Assembly: GCA_963668675.2 (NCBI GenBank)
Contig: CAXXMB010000002.1
Coordinates: 384,001 to 448,000, forward strand
DNA: 64,000 nt
Direction: 5' to 3'
Source: an uncultured Desulfatitalea sp.
GTDB taxonomy: Bacteria > Desulfobacterota > Desulfobacteria > Desulfobacterales > Desulfosarcinaceae
The position numbers and the translations under genes are program-made. Every line of letters starts with the position of its first letter. The first letter of the stretch is position 1. Positions 1-11,046 of the stretch are shown here, one piece after another. The notes below the pieces were generated by a model, which worked only from the letters and a program-made list of their open reading frames with translations, was not told the origin of the DNA and searched no databases.

Positions 1-299
1 TGATTCGCTCCCCTTTCCGGTCGCCGTTCACGATAAACGCGAGAATCGCAATAGCGGCGGCGTGGTTACGACCCAAACGGTAACAAACTGTAATTTCAAT
101 TAATTTAACTTCCAAAAATATAAAGACCCTCTTGCCCTTCCGATTCGGTCACCATATTCCTATTGAAGCCATCCCCAAATGACGATAAATAAAATCTCTT
201 TTTTGCAGCCAGCACGGGAAAGGGTTCATCGGGTATCGATGAATATCGATAACACTTGGGACATGCAATCCAATACTTTTTTCAGAGGCAGCTTAATCC

Positions 300-896
300 G
301 TGTACCAGTCGCTAAAAAACGCGATAAAAAAAATCTACGAGCGCTTCATCAAACTCAAGGGCGCCCGGCGCGAGATTGCATTGGGATTTGCTCTGGGGTT
401 GTTCATCGGCATGAGCCCCTTTTTCGGCATGCACATCGCCATATCGGTCGTCATCGCCTCGATTCTGGGCTGGAGCAAAATCGCCGCAGCCGTTGGCGTC
501 AACATTACCAACGTCTTCACCGCCCCCCTGATCTATCCGGTCACCTACTGGGTGGGCGCCAAGGTCACCGGCCTCGCGAAACATGTCGATTGGCCCACCT
601 CGCCCGACTTTGAAGGGTTCCTGCAGCTTGTCAAAGAGTCGCCGCTGATCATTATCGACCTGTGTGTAGGCGGCGCCATTTTGGGCATCCCGATTGCGAT
701 CGTAGGCTACTACCTCTCATTCAAGGCAATCACCGTCTACCGTCATCGTGTACGCGAACGCGTCCGCGAGCTTAGAATACAACGTAAGCTAAAGGCCAAA
801 GCCAAAAAAAAGAACAAACAGAGAAAGTGCAAGCAGACAAAAACGCCCACCGCAAACAACACCCCATCCCCACCTCAGCAGGGCAATACCACATAG
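300..896 (+). CDS. DUF2062 family membrane protein
   Basis: IALGFALGLFIGMSP and NITNVFTAPLIYP motifs; Lys-rich C-terminal tail; GTG start. Confidence 0.8.
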   Translation: MYQSLKNAIKKIYERFIKLKGARREIALGFALGLFIGMSPFFGMHIAISVVIASILGWSKIAAAVGVNITNVFTAPLIYPVTYWVGAKVTGLAKHVDWPTSPDFEGFLQLVKESPLIIIDLCVGGAILGIPIAIVGYYLSFKAITVYRHRVRERVRELRIQRKLKAKAKKKNKQRKCKQTKTPTANNTPSPPQQGNTT

Positions 897-1052
897 GCGT
901 TTCTGGACAACAGTCGTTTTATGGGTATTTTCTGAGGGTCAAACGTGACACCGTATAGACATCCCGAAGGCGTCATGCCGGCCGTGATCCGGGATGAAGA
1001 AGGCTGGCCTGCGTCATTACCGGTTTAAGGATACGTTTCCCGGGAAACCACC

Positions 1053-1658
1053 ATGAAAAAGAAGAGTAGACGCTTCACCGAAGTGTTGATCGAAGCAAAC
1101 GGCCTTCACCGCGACGATTTCCAAAGTTGGGTTTTTGCGTCCGGTATGCTCTTTCATTCACCCGACAAGTGGTGGGGAGATCTCGGCCGGCGTGATTTCC
1201 CGCATGAGGGGATCGATTTTTGCCTTTACAAAGATGGGACCGGACAGACGGTTCATATCGGAAAAGATATCCATATTCCGGCGATGCACGACGGGGTGGT
1301 CAGAGCCCTCTTCCCAGATTATCTTGGCCATGCCGTGATCGTTGAGCACCATGACACGCAAGGTGAAGCAGGTCATCTTGTCTCGATCTATGCCCACACG
1401 GCACCAATGGATGACGTAAAAAGAGGTCTTCTGCTGAAGCAAGGGGACATCTTCGCCACCATAGCTGACACCCGTCAATCAAAAGCGAAGATTCTCCCGC
1501 ATCTACACTACACGGTTGGCCGCCCTTCGCCGGATCTTAACTGGGATCGATTCGTCTGGAATGACATGCGCAATCCCGAACGTTTTACGTTGCTCGATCC
1601 ACTGAACGCCATCGACTGGCCCTACCAAGTGGTGACGCAACTGGAAATGAAAAGTTGA
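1053..1658 (+). CDS. M23 family metallopeptidase-like protein
   Basis: HEGID, SIYAH and PHLHY motifs. Confidence 0.75.
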   Translation: MKKKSRRFTEVLIEANGLHRDDFQSWVFASGMLFHSPDKWWGDLGRRDFPHEGIDFCLYKDGTGQTVHIGKDIHIPAMHDGVVRALFPDYLGHAVIVEHHDTQGEAGHLVSIYAHTAPMDDVKRGLLLKQGDIFATIADTRQSKAKILPHLHYTVGRPSPDLNWDRFVWNDMRNPERFTLLDPLNAIDWPYQVVTQLEMKS

Positions 1659-1665
1659 CCGTCGA

Positions 1666-2673
1666 ATGGATTCAATTACCCAAATAGCACTTGGAGCAGC
1701 AGTGGGGGAAGCCGTGTTGGGACGCCGCATCGGCAATCGTGCCATCTTGTGGGGCGGCATCTGCGGACTGTTTCCCGATCTGGATGTGCTGATTCCCTTT
1801 GGGGATGCCGTCAGGAATTTTACCTATCATCGCGGGTTCAGCCATTCGCTATTCGTTCTGTCCGCCCTTACCCCACTGGTCGTATGGTTGATCCTTAAAA
1901 TTCATCCGGGCACTCGCGAACACCGCAACAGGTGGTTTGTGCTGGTCTTTTTGGCGTTCATCACCCACATTCTGCTGGATTGCCTGACGGTTTACGGCAC
2001 ACAGATTCTGTGGCCATTGCCGACGCCACCGGTCATGTGGTCAACCATATTCATCATCGATCCGCTCTATTCGATTCCCCTGATAACAGGCGTGGTAGCC
2101 GCCCTGGTGATGTCTCGAAAGGCGGTTCGCGGCCATGGCTTCAACACCGTTTGCCTGGCACTGAGCACCCTCTACCTGGTGTGGAGTATTGGCGCCAAGC
2201 TTTACATCGACCAGAATGTCAGGCGATCACTATCGCAGCAATCTATTGAGTACCGGAGCTTTCTCACCGTACCGGCCCCATTCAACACCCTGTTATGGCG
2301 GGTTCTCGTCATGGATAACCACGGGTACTATGAAGGCTTCCGTTCCGTGTTGGATAACACCAGTGAGATCCGTTTCAAGCACTATCCCAGCGATGAAGCG
2401 CTTTTGGACGGCCTCGGCGACCATTGGCCGGTACAACGACTGCAGTGGTTCACGCACGGTTTTTACGCCGTCCAAAAACGGCATCGCGCCATCGTGATAT
2501 CCGATTTGCGAATGGGCCTGGAACCCTACTACGTCTTTCAATTCAAGATCGCAAATATAGGGAACCCACATCCTGTTCCCGCCAAAAGCGAGCGCTTCCG
2601 GACCGAACGAGGCATAGAGCGACTCAACTGGATCTGGCGACGCATCTGGAACGCCGATCCCGCCACGCAATAA
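1666..2673 (+). CDS. Membrane-bound metal-dependent hydrolase (YdjM/DUF457 family)
   Basis: MDSITQ, PDLD, HRGFSHS and THILLD motifs; several TM segments. Confidence 0.85.
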   Translation: MDSITQIALGAAVGEAVLGRRIGNRAILWGGICGLFPDLDVLIPFGDAVRNFTYHRGFSHSLFVLSALTPLVVWLILKIHPGTREHRNRWFVLVFLAFITHILLDCLTVYGTQILWPLPTPPVMWSTIFIIDPLYSIPLITGVVAALVMSRKAVRGHGFNTVCLALSTLYLVWSIGAKLYIDQNVRRSLSQQSIEYRSFLTVPAPFNTLLWRVLVMDNHGYYEGFRSVLDNTSEIRFKHYPSDEALLDGLGDHWPVQRLQWFTHGFYAVQKRHRAIVISDLRMGLEPYYVFQFKIANIGNPHPVPAKSERFRTERGIERLNWIWRRIWNADPATQ

Positions 2674-2772
2674 ATGCCGTGCTCTTCCAAACGTTCAATC
2701 GGATTCGACGCAAAGAGAGGCAAGCTCTACAGGTTCAGGAATAGATCAGCGCCGACAATCGCCGCCCAGCCG

Positions 2773-4329
2773 CTATGCAAAGCGCGCCAGTATGGTTTGA
2801 ATGTTGTCGTCCAGCGCCTGTTCGGTGTCGACGCGGATCAGGTGGGCGGCGTCGATCTCGTCCGGCGCCTCGTAGCGGGCTTTGATCGGCGCCAGGTGCT
2901 CGAGGCGGGCATCCGAAACCGATCGGCTGAGATCCTCGCGCGCTTCGAGCCGCTCGCGGATGAGCGTTTCGCGGCAGGTGCACTCCACAAACACGATACG
3001 CGCACGAAAATGGCCGGCCAACCGGCGGACGGCATCCCGTTGTTCCCGGCGGCCATAGGTGGCATCCAGCACAATCGAGCAGCCTTGCGCGACAGCTTCC
3101 TGAGCATGAAGCATCAGTTTACCGTAGATCAGGCCGGTGGCCTCCCTGGTGTAAGGGCCTTTGCCGAAAGGAACCGGGCCATCGCTACCGGACAGGGTCT
3201 TGCGGATGCGATCGGAGTTGTGCTGAGATACACCCAACGCTTTGGCCAGGGTGTCGGCCACCGTGCTCTTGCCGGTTGCGATCAGGCCGCAGACGACCCA
3301 AACCGTTGGGCAGCCGAAAACCGACGCATATTGGCGCGCCAGCTCCGTATAGCGGACCGTCTGGCCGATCAGGTCCACCCGTTCATCCTCAGCCAGATCC
3401 GGTTGCTTCAGTCGCAGACAGTTGACCTTGGCGCGCACCATGGCCCGGTAGCACTTGTAAAAGGCCAGCAGGTTGAAGGCGCTCAGATCGTTGGAATGGG
3501 TCAAATAGGAGTGGAAAAAGGCACGGGCGGCCTCCGGATACCCCAGGTAATCGAGGTCCATGCAGAGAAAGGCCAGGTCGCCCACGATGTCCACACAGCG
3601 AAAGCGTTCGTTGAATTCGATACAATCGATTATCTGTATCTGATCCGCGACGAAATAGATGTGACCGGCCCTCAAATCGCCGTGGGCGTCACGGATCTTG
3701 TGCGCCCTGATCCGCGCGTCGAAACGATCGCCGTGCTGCTCGAGAAAAGCGCGCGTCGACTGCTTCACCACCCCGTATGCCTGGGCGTCGAAAACAGATC
3801 CTGCGGATTCAGCCATCTGTTCGAAATTGTCTTCGCAGTTTTGCGCGATCACCGACAGGGTTCCCATGGTGTCGATCTCGCCTCCGGTGGCCGCATCTTC
3901 GTAAAACGCGACGAGCATACGGGCCAGCCGGTCCAACGCGTCGGCCGCCAAGGTGCCGCTGCGCAACCGCCGTTTCAACGTCTCATCAAACGGCAACTCT
4001 CTCATCACCACCGCATATTCGACCACCGTACCCGGCCCGTCGAGGCGGTAGTCTCCATCGTCCACGGTGATCCCGACGACCCCCTGGTAGACATCCCTGC
4101 TGAGACGCTGGTTCAACGCCATCTCTTGGCGACAGTAGTGCTCGCGCAACGCCAGGGTCGAAAAATCGAGAAACCCGAGATTTACCGGCTTCTTGATCTT
4201 GTAGACCCTGCTCCCGGTCAGAAAAACCAGGGAGATATGGGTCTCCTCCTTACGGATGGCCGTGACATCGTGGGGATAAAACGATGCCGTTTGCATAACG
4301 CGGCGCAATGCCCTGATATGATCTTGCAA
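2773..4329 (-). CDS. Aminoglycoside-phosphotransferase-like kinase fused to a P-loop (AAA_33) kinase
   Basis: ETHIS, YKIKKPV, HGDL, IIDCIEFN; C-terminal GLIATGKST. Start uncertain (TTG 4329 after GAGGGAG, or ATG 4407). Confidence 0.85.
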   Translation of the reverse strand: MQDHIRALRRVMQTASFYPHDVTAIRKEETHISLVFLTGSRVYKIKKPVNLGFLDFSTLALREHYCRQEMALNQRLSRDVYQGVVGITVDDGDYRLDGPGTVVEYAVVMRELPFDETLKRRLRSGTLAADALDRLARMLVAFYEDAATGGEIDTMGTLSVIAQNCEDNFEQMAESAGSVFDAQAYGVVKQSTRAFLEQHGDRFDARIRAHKIRDAHGDLRAGHIYFVADQIQIIDCIEFNERFRCVDIVGDLAFLCMDLDYLGYPEAARAFFHSYLTHSNDLSAFNLLAFYKCYRAMVRAKVNCLRLKQPDLAEDERVDLIGQTVRYTELARQYASVFGCPTVWVVCGLIATGKSTVADTLAKALGVSQHNSDRIRKTLSGSDGPVPFGKGPYTREATGLIYGKLMLHAQEAVAQGCSIVLDATYGRREQRDAVRRLAGHFRARIVFVECTCRETLIRERLEAREDLSRSVSDARLEHLAPIKARYEAPDEIDAAHLIRVDTEQALDDNIQTILARFA

Positions 4330-4780
4330 GACGCTCCCTCTCTGAACATCCGTCAGCCGCCCGCCCCTGCCTCCCAGGTGGCTAGCGCCGGACTGATTCG
4401 TGAACATAGCGACAATATAGCGACAAGCCACGGTTGACTCAATTAAAAACCGGCCGCATCGCTTTTTGAACCATGAACGGACTCGAACGTATACCAAACA
4501 GGGAAGCACTTTACTTGTCTCATTTTTTGATGAGAAGTTCTTCACGATTGCAAATAGATTGCGCATGTCTATAAACTCTTCTTTTTCCCATATGCCCGCG
4601 AGCGCCTACCATCGAACAGCATTGGCAAACGGCTCAGGCGAAAACGTTAGCGATTCTGAATCTATGATAGAAACGAACAGGAGACCGTTTACCGGAATCG
4701 TTGACAAGCGCGATGGAGAGATCATATAGGTCAGTTGCATTCTCCGGAAGTGCTAACGCCGAAAAAGGGACATCAACAGA

Positions 4781-6388
4781 ATGAATTCAAACCGTCACAA
4801 TGGAGGTGATCGACCCCAAGCGGACGAACCCCTTCGACCCGACCTGGCTGAAGTGATCGAAAGACACGCATTCGGTCTCGATGAAAACAGACCCGACGCA
4901 GTTGAGAAACGCCGTGACAAAAACCAGCGTACTGCAAGGACCTACGTCAACGAACTCTTTGACTCCGGTTCTTTTATCGAATATGGCGCATTGGCCGTTG
5001 CCGCTCAACGTTCTCGCCGCACAGAAGAAGAACTTTTTCGAAAAACCCCGGCAGACGGTCTGATTAGCGGCGTCGGACTGGTGAACGGAACGATTTTCGA
5101 AGAGTCCAGGGCCCGCTGCATGGTCCTGGCATACGATTACTCGGTGCTGGCAGGGACGCAGGGGTTTTTCAACCACAAAAAAATCGACCGGATGCTCAAA
5201 CTCGCATACGACCGCAAAGTTCCCGTGGTGCTTTTTGCCGAAGGCGGCGGGGGCAGGCCCGGTGACATCGACAAGGATCTGATCCGCTCAACCGGACTCG
5301 ACCTCCCCACGTTTACCAGCATGGGGCGCTTGAGCGGCCGTGTTCCGGTTGTGGGCATCGTCACAGGCTACTGCTTTGCCGGCAATGCCGTTCTGCTGGC
5401 ATGCTGCGATGTGATTATCGCCACCCGCAATTCCAACATCGGCATGGCTGGACCGGTGATGATCGAAGGCGGCGGACTCGGCAAATTTCGCCCGGAAGAG
5501 ATCGGCACCATCGAAGAGCAGACGGCTAACGGCGTGGTCGATATTGCCGTTGCCGACGACCGGGAAGCCATCGCCGCCGCCAAGTGCTACCTCTCCTATT
5601 TCCAGGGGTCGGTCTACCAATGGCAGTCACCCGACCAGACCCTGCTTCGCGACGTCATCCCGGAAAACCGCCGACGCGCCTATGATGTGAGAACCGTTAT
5701 TCGCGGCATCGCCGATACGGACTCGTTCCTCGAACTCCGCCCCGAGTTCAGTCTCGGGATGGTCACCGGTCTGATCCGCATCGAAGGCAAACCATTCGGC
5801 ATCGTCGCCAATAACTGCGCCCACATGGCCGGATCGATCGAAGCCGACGGCGCGGACAAAATGGCACACCATATCCAACTCTGCAATGCCCACGGCATCC
5901 CCGTCCTCAGCTTGTGCGACACGCCGGGCTTCATGGTGGGGCCCGAAGCGGAGAAAAAAGCCCATGTCCGCCACTGCGGTCGCATGTTTGTCGCCGGAGC
6001 ACACGTCACCGTTCCCTACTTCACCATTATTCTACGCCGGGGATACGGCCTCGGAGCAATGGCCATGGCACGGGGTGGATTCCTCGATTCCGATTTTACT
6101 GTGGCCTGGCCCGGCGGAGAGTTCGGCGGAATGGGGTTAGAGGGAGCCGTCAGGGCCGGGTTTCGAAGGGAGCTGGAAGCCGTTGAAGATCCACAGGAGC
6201 GCCAAGCGCTCTATGATAAAATTCTGGCCGATCTCTACGAAAGGGGAAAAGCTGTCAATGTCGCCTCCCGACTGGAAATCGATGCGGTCATCGATCCGGC
6301 CGAAACGCGCAACTGGATCATGAAAGGATTGAGGCTGGCATCACCGCCATCATCTGGGCAGCAAGGGTATATGGTAGATCCCTGGTAA
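4781..6388 (+). CDS. Acyl-CoA carboxylase carboxyltransferase subunit
   Basis: DYSVLAGTQG, EGGGGRPGD, DTPGFMVG, IDAVIDPAETR. Confidence 0.9.
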   Translation: MNSNRHNGGDRPQADEPLRPDLAEVIERHAFGLDENRPDAVEKRRDKNQRTARTYVNELFDSGSFIEYGALAVAAQRSRRTEEELFRKTPADGLISGVGLVNGTIFEESRARCMVLAYDYSVLAGTQGFFNHKKIDRMLKLAYDRKVPVVLFAEGGGGRPGDIDKDLIRSTGLDLPTFTSMGRLSGRVPVVGIVTGYCFAGNAVLLACCDVIIATRNSNIGMAGPVMIEGGGLGKFRPEEIGTIEEQTANGVVDIAVADDREAIAAAKCYLSYFQGSVYQWQSPDQTLLRDVIPENRRRAYDVRTVIRGIADTDSFLELRPEFSLGMVTGLIRIEGKPFGIVANNCAHMAGSIEADGADKMAHHIQLCNAHGIPVLSLCDTPGFMVGPEAEKKAHVRHCGRMFVAGAHVTVPYFTIILRRGYGLGAMAMARGGFLDSDFTVAWPGGEFGGMGLEGAVRAGFRRELEAVEDPQERQALYDKILADLYERGKAVNVASRLEIDAVIDPAETRNWIMKGLRLASPPSSGQQGYMVDPW

Positions 6389-6403
6389 GAAAAACATACC
6401 CGG

Positions 6404-7654
6404 TTACAGGCGAAACAAGGTCGGTTTGTCGTCCACGCCGATGTCGATGCCGACAACGTCGCCGGTTTTAAACCCGATCCGCCGAATATGGTTGAGCATG
6501 AGGTCATGATTGGCGACGGACCAGAACACCGACCAGATGGGATTGCGGACCGTATCGATACCGTAAGCGTCATGCCCGCAAAGGTTGATGTGAAAGGCAT
6601 TTTTGCTGATCAAAGTGTCGGCTTCGGCGATAAAGGCATCCTGGAAGTATTGGTGACTGTATAAGGACTTGGTCAACTGCTGCTGCAATTCCGGCGTATC
6701 GTCCAGGTAGTGGTTCGCGATCTGATAAATCTCGGCCGAGGGTTCGATGGAAAGCGCCAGGATAGCAAAGCGCCGGTTGCGCATGGCAAAATGTTCCATA
6801 CTGCGCTCGTAGGCCTGGATCTGTTCCATCAGCGGGCCGATCTTTGTGGGCGGTTCGGCGCGATTCAGCACCAACTCCTCGCAGTGATCGATCACATCCA
6901 TATAAAACGCCTGGGTATCCATAACATAGAGCGGCCGTTCGCGGTAATTGCGGCGTTTGCGGATGCGCCGGATGCCGTCCAGCCGCACCGATCGCTTGTC
7001 TTCCTTGACCTCCAGAATTTCGACTTCGGAAATATCCTTGGCCTGCACCACGAAGATACGGTTGTCTTCACCGATGATAAATTCAATTTCGCAAGGAAAG
7101 CCAAGGCAACTCTGAATTTCCTTTGAAATGTCCAGCAGTTTACGATCGTGGGGCGTGCGGCTGATGAACGGATCACTGCGAACCTTGTGCACCCGATCCC
7201 GGCAATAGCCAAATTCCCAGTGATCCCACAATTTCTTGGCCATTACACTGGAGCCCTGGATGAACGGCATCACAATCACACCCATTTTTTCATAATCGAT
7301 CGTCGGCGCTCCCTCGAAATACTGCTGCCGCAAGATGGTAAGCCGCTTGGTGGTATGAGCATAACGGATCATGCGCTTGCGGGCGTACAAAATCCCGCCC
7401 AGATCCGCATAGGTCTCCAGCGAATCGAACGTCCCGGCCTTATAAAAAGATTCCTGGGGGTGGGCGCTACGGGCGATAACCTTATAACTCTCCCGGTGCT
7501 GCTCTAAAAACGACTTCAGGGCTTCAAAATTTTCGTTCTCGAAATCCTCGGACGGCACATAGATAAAATCAGGCACCACAAATCCGCATTCGCGCAATTT
7601 GGCCAGCAGTTGGGCTTTTTCAGGCAAAACAGGGGGCATCGAGCGCCTCTTCAT
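6404..7654 (-). CDS. Protein with a PEP/pyruvate-binding (PPDK N-terminal, ATP-grasp-like) domain and an unknown C-terminal domain
   Basis: KAQLL..GFVVPD, VIARSA..E..AGTFDS, EIEF..FVVQAKDI. Confidence 0.6.
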   Translation of the reverse strand: MKRRSMPPVLPEKAQLLAKLRECGFVVPDFIYVPSEDFENENFEALKSFLEQHRESYKVIARSAHPQESFYKAGTFDSLETYADLGGILYARKRMIRYAHTTKRLTILRQQYFEGAPTIDYEKMGVIVMPFIQGSSVMAKKLWDHWEFGYCRDRVHKVRSDPFISRTPHDRKLLDISKEIQSCLGFPCEIEFIIGEDNRIFVVQAKDISEVEILEVKEDKRSVRLDGIRRIRKRRNYRERPLYVMDTQAFYMDVIDHCEELVLNRAEPPTKIGPLMEQIQAYERSMEHFAMRNRRFAILALSIEPSAEIYQIANHYLDDTPELQQQLTKSLYSHQYFQDAFIAEADTLISKNAFHINLCGHDAYGIDTVRNPIWSVFWSVANHDLMLNHIRRIGFKTGDVVGIDIGVDDKPTLFRL

Positions 7655-8004
7655 AGGCTGTTTGGGGCAATGGCCGCGTTCGGCCGACCAGAAACCATCT
7701 GAACATTGAACTTAAAAAATACGATTTTGGCTTGACTTGCGAAACGTATGAAGCCCAGGCCCGAAAGTCAATATCCAGGGTGAAACGCAAACAAAACAGT
7801 ATGGAGATGACTTCGCGTTGAATTCATCATGCATCCATAGAGACAGTCGGCAAACCAACGGATTTTCGCTTGCATTGGGTACCGCCTTGCCTATAGATAA
7901 ACACGATATCGAGGTGCCGCCCCAGCCCGACGATGTGCGTCTGGCGGCAAGCCTGCGGTGCGGCAGTCGGCCATTGGATCCAAAAACATGCAAGGCATTT
8001 TCCT

Positions 8005-8916
8005 ATGACCCAAGAGAGACTTTCCATCGAGGAGATACTGGCAGCTTTCAAATTCAACTACGGCGTTTACCAGCGTAAGATGGTGGATGCCGCCATCGAG
8101 CGGCAGGACGAAATCGTTCCCCGGCTGATCGAAATTCTACAGAGGGTGCTCGACGACCCGGATGCATATGTTGAAAATGAAGACCTTATGGATCACATCT
8201 ATGCCCTCATGCTGCTCGGCCACTTCAGGGCCGAGGCGGCACATGGGGTCATCGTCGATCTCTTCAGCATTTCCGACGTTATTCTGGATGATCTTTACGG
8301 GGACATCGTCACCGGCGATCTGCCTGCTATACTGGCCAACACCTGCGGCGGATCGCTCGAACGGATGAAAAGCATGGCCCTGAATACGGAGGTTGGTGAG
8401 TACGCGCGCCTGTCGGCCCTGGAGGGCATGGCTTACGCGGTTGCCGACGACATGTCCCTGCGGGACGAGGTGGTAGCGCTGTTCGGCTCCCTGTTCACCG
8501 GCCGGGAGGCCGATGAGGGCTCTGATTTCTGGGGGCTGCTGGCGAACACCGTTTGCGAGATATTCCCGGAAGAGAACATGCCGGTCATCGAACAATCATA
8601 CGAGGCTGGGCTGATCTCGCCGGACATGATCGATTTTAAAGATTTCAAACGCGCGCTGGAGGAGGGCCGGGAGACGACCCTCGACAAGCTTCTGGCCAAA
8701 CGGGAAGCATACGCTCTGGACGACCTGCACGCCAGCATGGCATGGTGGGCCTGTTTCGAGGGCGGAGATCACCTGCTCGCCCCCACCGGACCAACGGATC
8801 TGTTTCTCTCCGACACCTATGCCCCGGCCATGACCAAGCCCAAAAATCAGAACAAGGCTAAAAAGAAGAAGAAACGCAAGCAGGCGAAGGCATCCAAACG
8901 GAAAAACCGGCGTTAG
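8005..8916 (+). CDS. DUF1186 family protein
   Basis: HIYALMLLGHFR, helical acidic body, MAWWACF, basic tail. Confidence 0.75.
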   Translation: MTQERLSIEEILAAFKFNYGVYQRKMVDAAIERQDEIVPRLIEILQRVLDDPDAYVENEDLMDHIYALMLLGHFRAEAAHGVIVDLFSISDVILDDLYGDIVTGDLPAILANTCGGSLERMKSMALNTEVGEYARLSALEGMAYAVADDMSLRDEVVALFGSLFTGREADEGSDFWGLLANTVCEIFPEENMPVIEQSYEAGLISPDMIDFKDFKRALEEGRETTLDKLLAKREAYALDDLHASMAWWACFEGGDHLLAPTGPTDLFLSDTYAPAMTKPKNQNKAKKKKKRKQAKASKRKNRR

Positions 8917-8950
8917 GTTGCACTATATTCTTCTGAACTATGGCGCCCTC

Positions 8951-9775
8951 TCATTTCCATATAATGGTTGCCGGCTTCCTCTCCGGAAGTCGGAAGTATT
9001 TGAATTTAGGATACCCTATCACCATTGTATAGAAATGAGCATGGGAATCAGGCAGGCCGATCACCTCTCTAAGCGGTTCGGAAAATTTCAACGCCCGGGT
9101 GATCAGCCCGAGCCAGCAGGTACCCAGGCCGCTGGCGGTCGCCATCAGCTCAAAGTAGGACAAGGCAATGGACAGATCCACGATTCCGTTGTCATAACCA
9201 GCCGGAGCAGAGGCGACAACAAGACACGGTGCACCCTGTGTGATAGAATCGATCCCGACCTCATATGCGTCAATGAACCTTGAAAAATAGGGCGGCATCT
9301 GCTTGCCGACATCCGATGCCAGCACCGCTTTCATCCACTCGACGGTCAGGTCCGCCACTGTTTTCAATTTGGTTTTGTCCGTGTGTACTGTCCAGGTGAG
9401 CAACTGCGAATTGCCTCCGGTGGGGGCATACCGGGCCGTATCGATAAGCGCCTGCAACGTTTCTCGATCCACCGGTTTATCCTTAAATCGCCGGGTGGAT
9501 CGTCTTGTCCTGAGAAACTGGGCTGCCTGCTCTTTGTTGATCATCAGCTCTTTTAAAATTTTGGGGCTGCTTTCCATGGGGATCTCTTCATGGTCGAGGG
9601 CATCATGAGGACAAACCGCCACACAATGGCCGCACCGCAGGCACGACTGGACACCCTGCGGAATCATCTGGGGGACGCTCTCCTTGTCTGCTTGTTTGAT
9701 TATGGCCGCCGGGCACTCTATTACGCAAAATCCATCTCTCTTGCATCTTGTTGCATCAATTCGTATCAGCGTCAT
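8951..9775 (-). CDS. Nitroreductase family protein with N-terminal 4Fe-4S ferredoxin domain
   Basis: CxxDxxCxxxCP and CxxCxxCxxxCP; RRSTRRF, APTGGN, GLGTCW. Confidence 0.9.
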   Translation of the reverse strand: MTLIRIDATRCKRDGFCVIECPAAIIKQADKESVPQMIPQGVQSCLRCGHCVAVCPHDALDHEEIPMESSPKILKELMINKEQAAQFLRTRRSTRRFKDKPVDRETLQALIDTARYAPTGGNSQLLTWTVHTDKTKLKTVADLTVEWMKAVLASDVGKQMPPYFSRFIDAYEVGIDSITQGAPCLVVASAPAGYDNGIVDLSIALSYFELMATASGLGTCWLGLITRALKFSEPLREVIGLPDSHAHFYTMVIGYPKFKYFRLPERKPATIIWK

Positions 9776-9840
9776 TATTTACCTCTTCAATGTGAAATGG
9801 GGTTGACCTTTTCGATATCCTACGGGCGTCGATGAAACGA

Positions 9841-10923
9841 TTACGGCGTTGACGCTTTCATTGCTTTATTCAGCTCTTTAGCATTCAGGGGTGGCATCCT
9901 AAAATCCGGCTTGTGAATCATCGCAATGGCTTCTGACGGGCAGCCGGACGCACATACGGCGCAACCGAAGCAGCGATCGATATCGACATGGGGAAGATCT
10001 TGATCCCCCATCGAGATCGCTTCGGAGGGGCACCGTCCAACACAGGTTTCACAGGCCACGCAGGCATCAGGATCAAATTGGGGCTGAAAACCGGAATCCA
10101 TGAACAGTGAGGGTTTGGGCGCCTTTAATGCCTGGGTAACCGCCGTGCAGTGCCATCGGTCGCAGTTGCAGATGAAGCCGATACCTTCCGCAATATTCTG
10201 GCTCATGTGGATCAACCCGGCCTCCTCCGAACGATCTAAAACTTCCCTGGCCTCCTGCTTGGTCACCTTGCGCGCCCCTAGTCGTTCAATGGAAAATTTG
10301 GCGGACGACCCGAACTGCATGCAGGTATCGTTCGGCATACCGTGAATGTCTTCACCTCTCAGTAGCGCAGCATGCCGGCAGTAGCATGTACCGACAGCAA
10401 TGAGATCGTTCTCGTCGATGTAGGTTTGCACATGATCGTAGGTGTGAATGACATCTCTGGGATGAACCGTTTTGTCCACCGTGATGACGCGGATGGAGGA
10501 GACTTTCGGGCTCTGATCAAACGGTTTGAGTTTATTGAAAGCCATCTTATAGGCATGAATCAGCCGGGCGTTTCTCTTGTCCCGTTCAGTGACTCGCCCC
10601 GGCAAGAACTGGAACTCAAGGATACCTACCATGAAACGTGCACTTTTATAGATCACAGTGCCGTCCATATCCAAGGCAATGCAGAGTCCCTTGTTGGCCA
10701 TCTCCTCAAGAGTCTGCCTGACCCACTCTACATCCCGGCCCATGATCTGTGCCATCTGATCTGCGGTCACCGACTCTTTGGGCATGGCGTTGTTGACCGT
10801 GGCCTCTTCGGGAGTAAACAGTGCTTTGGCCATTGCAAAAAATTCAGGAATATCCGCCCCGGCATATGATCCACCTCTGGATTTCATCACCTCTAACAAC
10901 TCTCTGTACACATCCTTTTCCAT
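9841..10923 (-). CDS. 4Fe-4S dicluster-binding protein
   Basis: CYCRH, ICNC..C, two C-terminal CxxCxxCxxxCP motifs. Confidence 0.85.
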   Translation of the reverse strand: MEKDVYRELLEVMKSRGGSYAGADIPEFFAMAKALFTPEEATVNNAMPKESVTADQMAQIMGRDVEWVRQTLEEMANKGLCIALDMDGTVIYKSARFMVGILEFQFLPGRVTERDKRNARLIHAYKMAFNKLKPFDQSPKVSSIRVITVDKTVHPRDVIHTYDHVQTYIDENDLIAVGTCYCRHAALLRGEDIHGMPNDTCMQFGSSAKFSIERLGARKVTKQEAREVLDRSEEAGLIHMSQNIAEGIGFICNCDRWHCTAVTQALKAPKPSLFMDSGFQPQFDPDACVACETCVGRCPSEAISMGDQDLPHVDIDRCFGCAVCASGCPSEAIAMIHKPDFRMPPLNAKELNKAMKASTP

Positions 10924-10965
10924 TCTTTTCTCCTTCCGCTTCAAGACCGGCTGCCCCTCAAACCT

Positions 10966-10981
10966 AATACCGATCGGTATT
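10966..10981. promoter_or_regulatory. Candidate TetR operator AATACCGATCGGTATT
   Basis: Perfect 16-bp palindrome upstream of the Fe-S/nitroreductase genes; near-identical copy at 11678-11693. Confidence 0.7.
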
Positions 10982-11046
10982 TTAAAATTCAGAAAAAAAG
11001 GAGCGGCTCAACCCGGGCATGCTCCATGGATTCCCTATTCTCTTTT

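Noticed and set aside
2674..4437. 587-aa plus-strand ORF
   Set aside because: Antisense shadow of the kinase gene; no motifs
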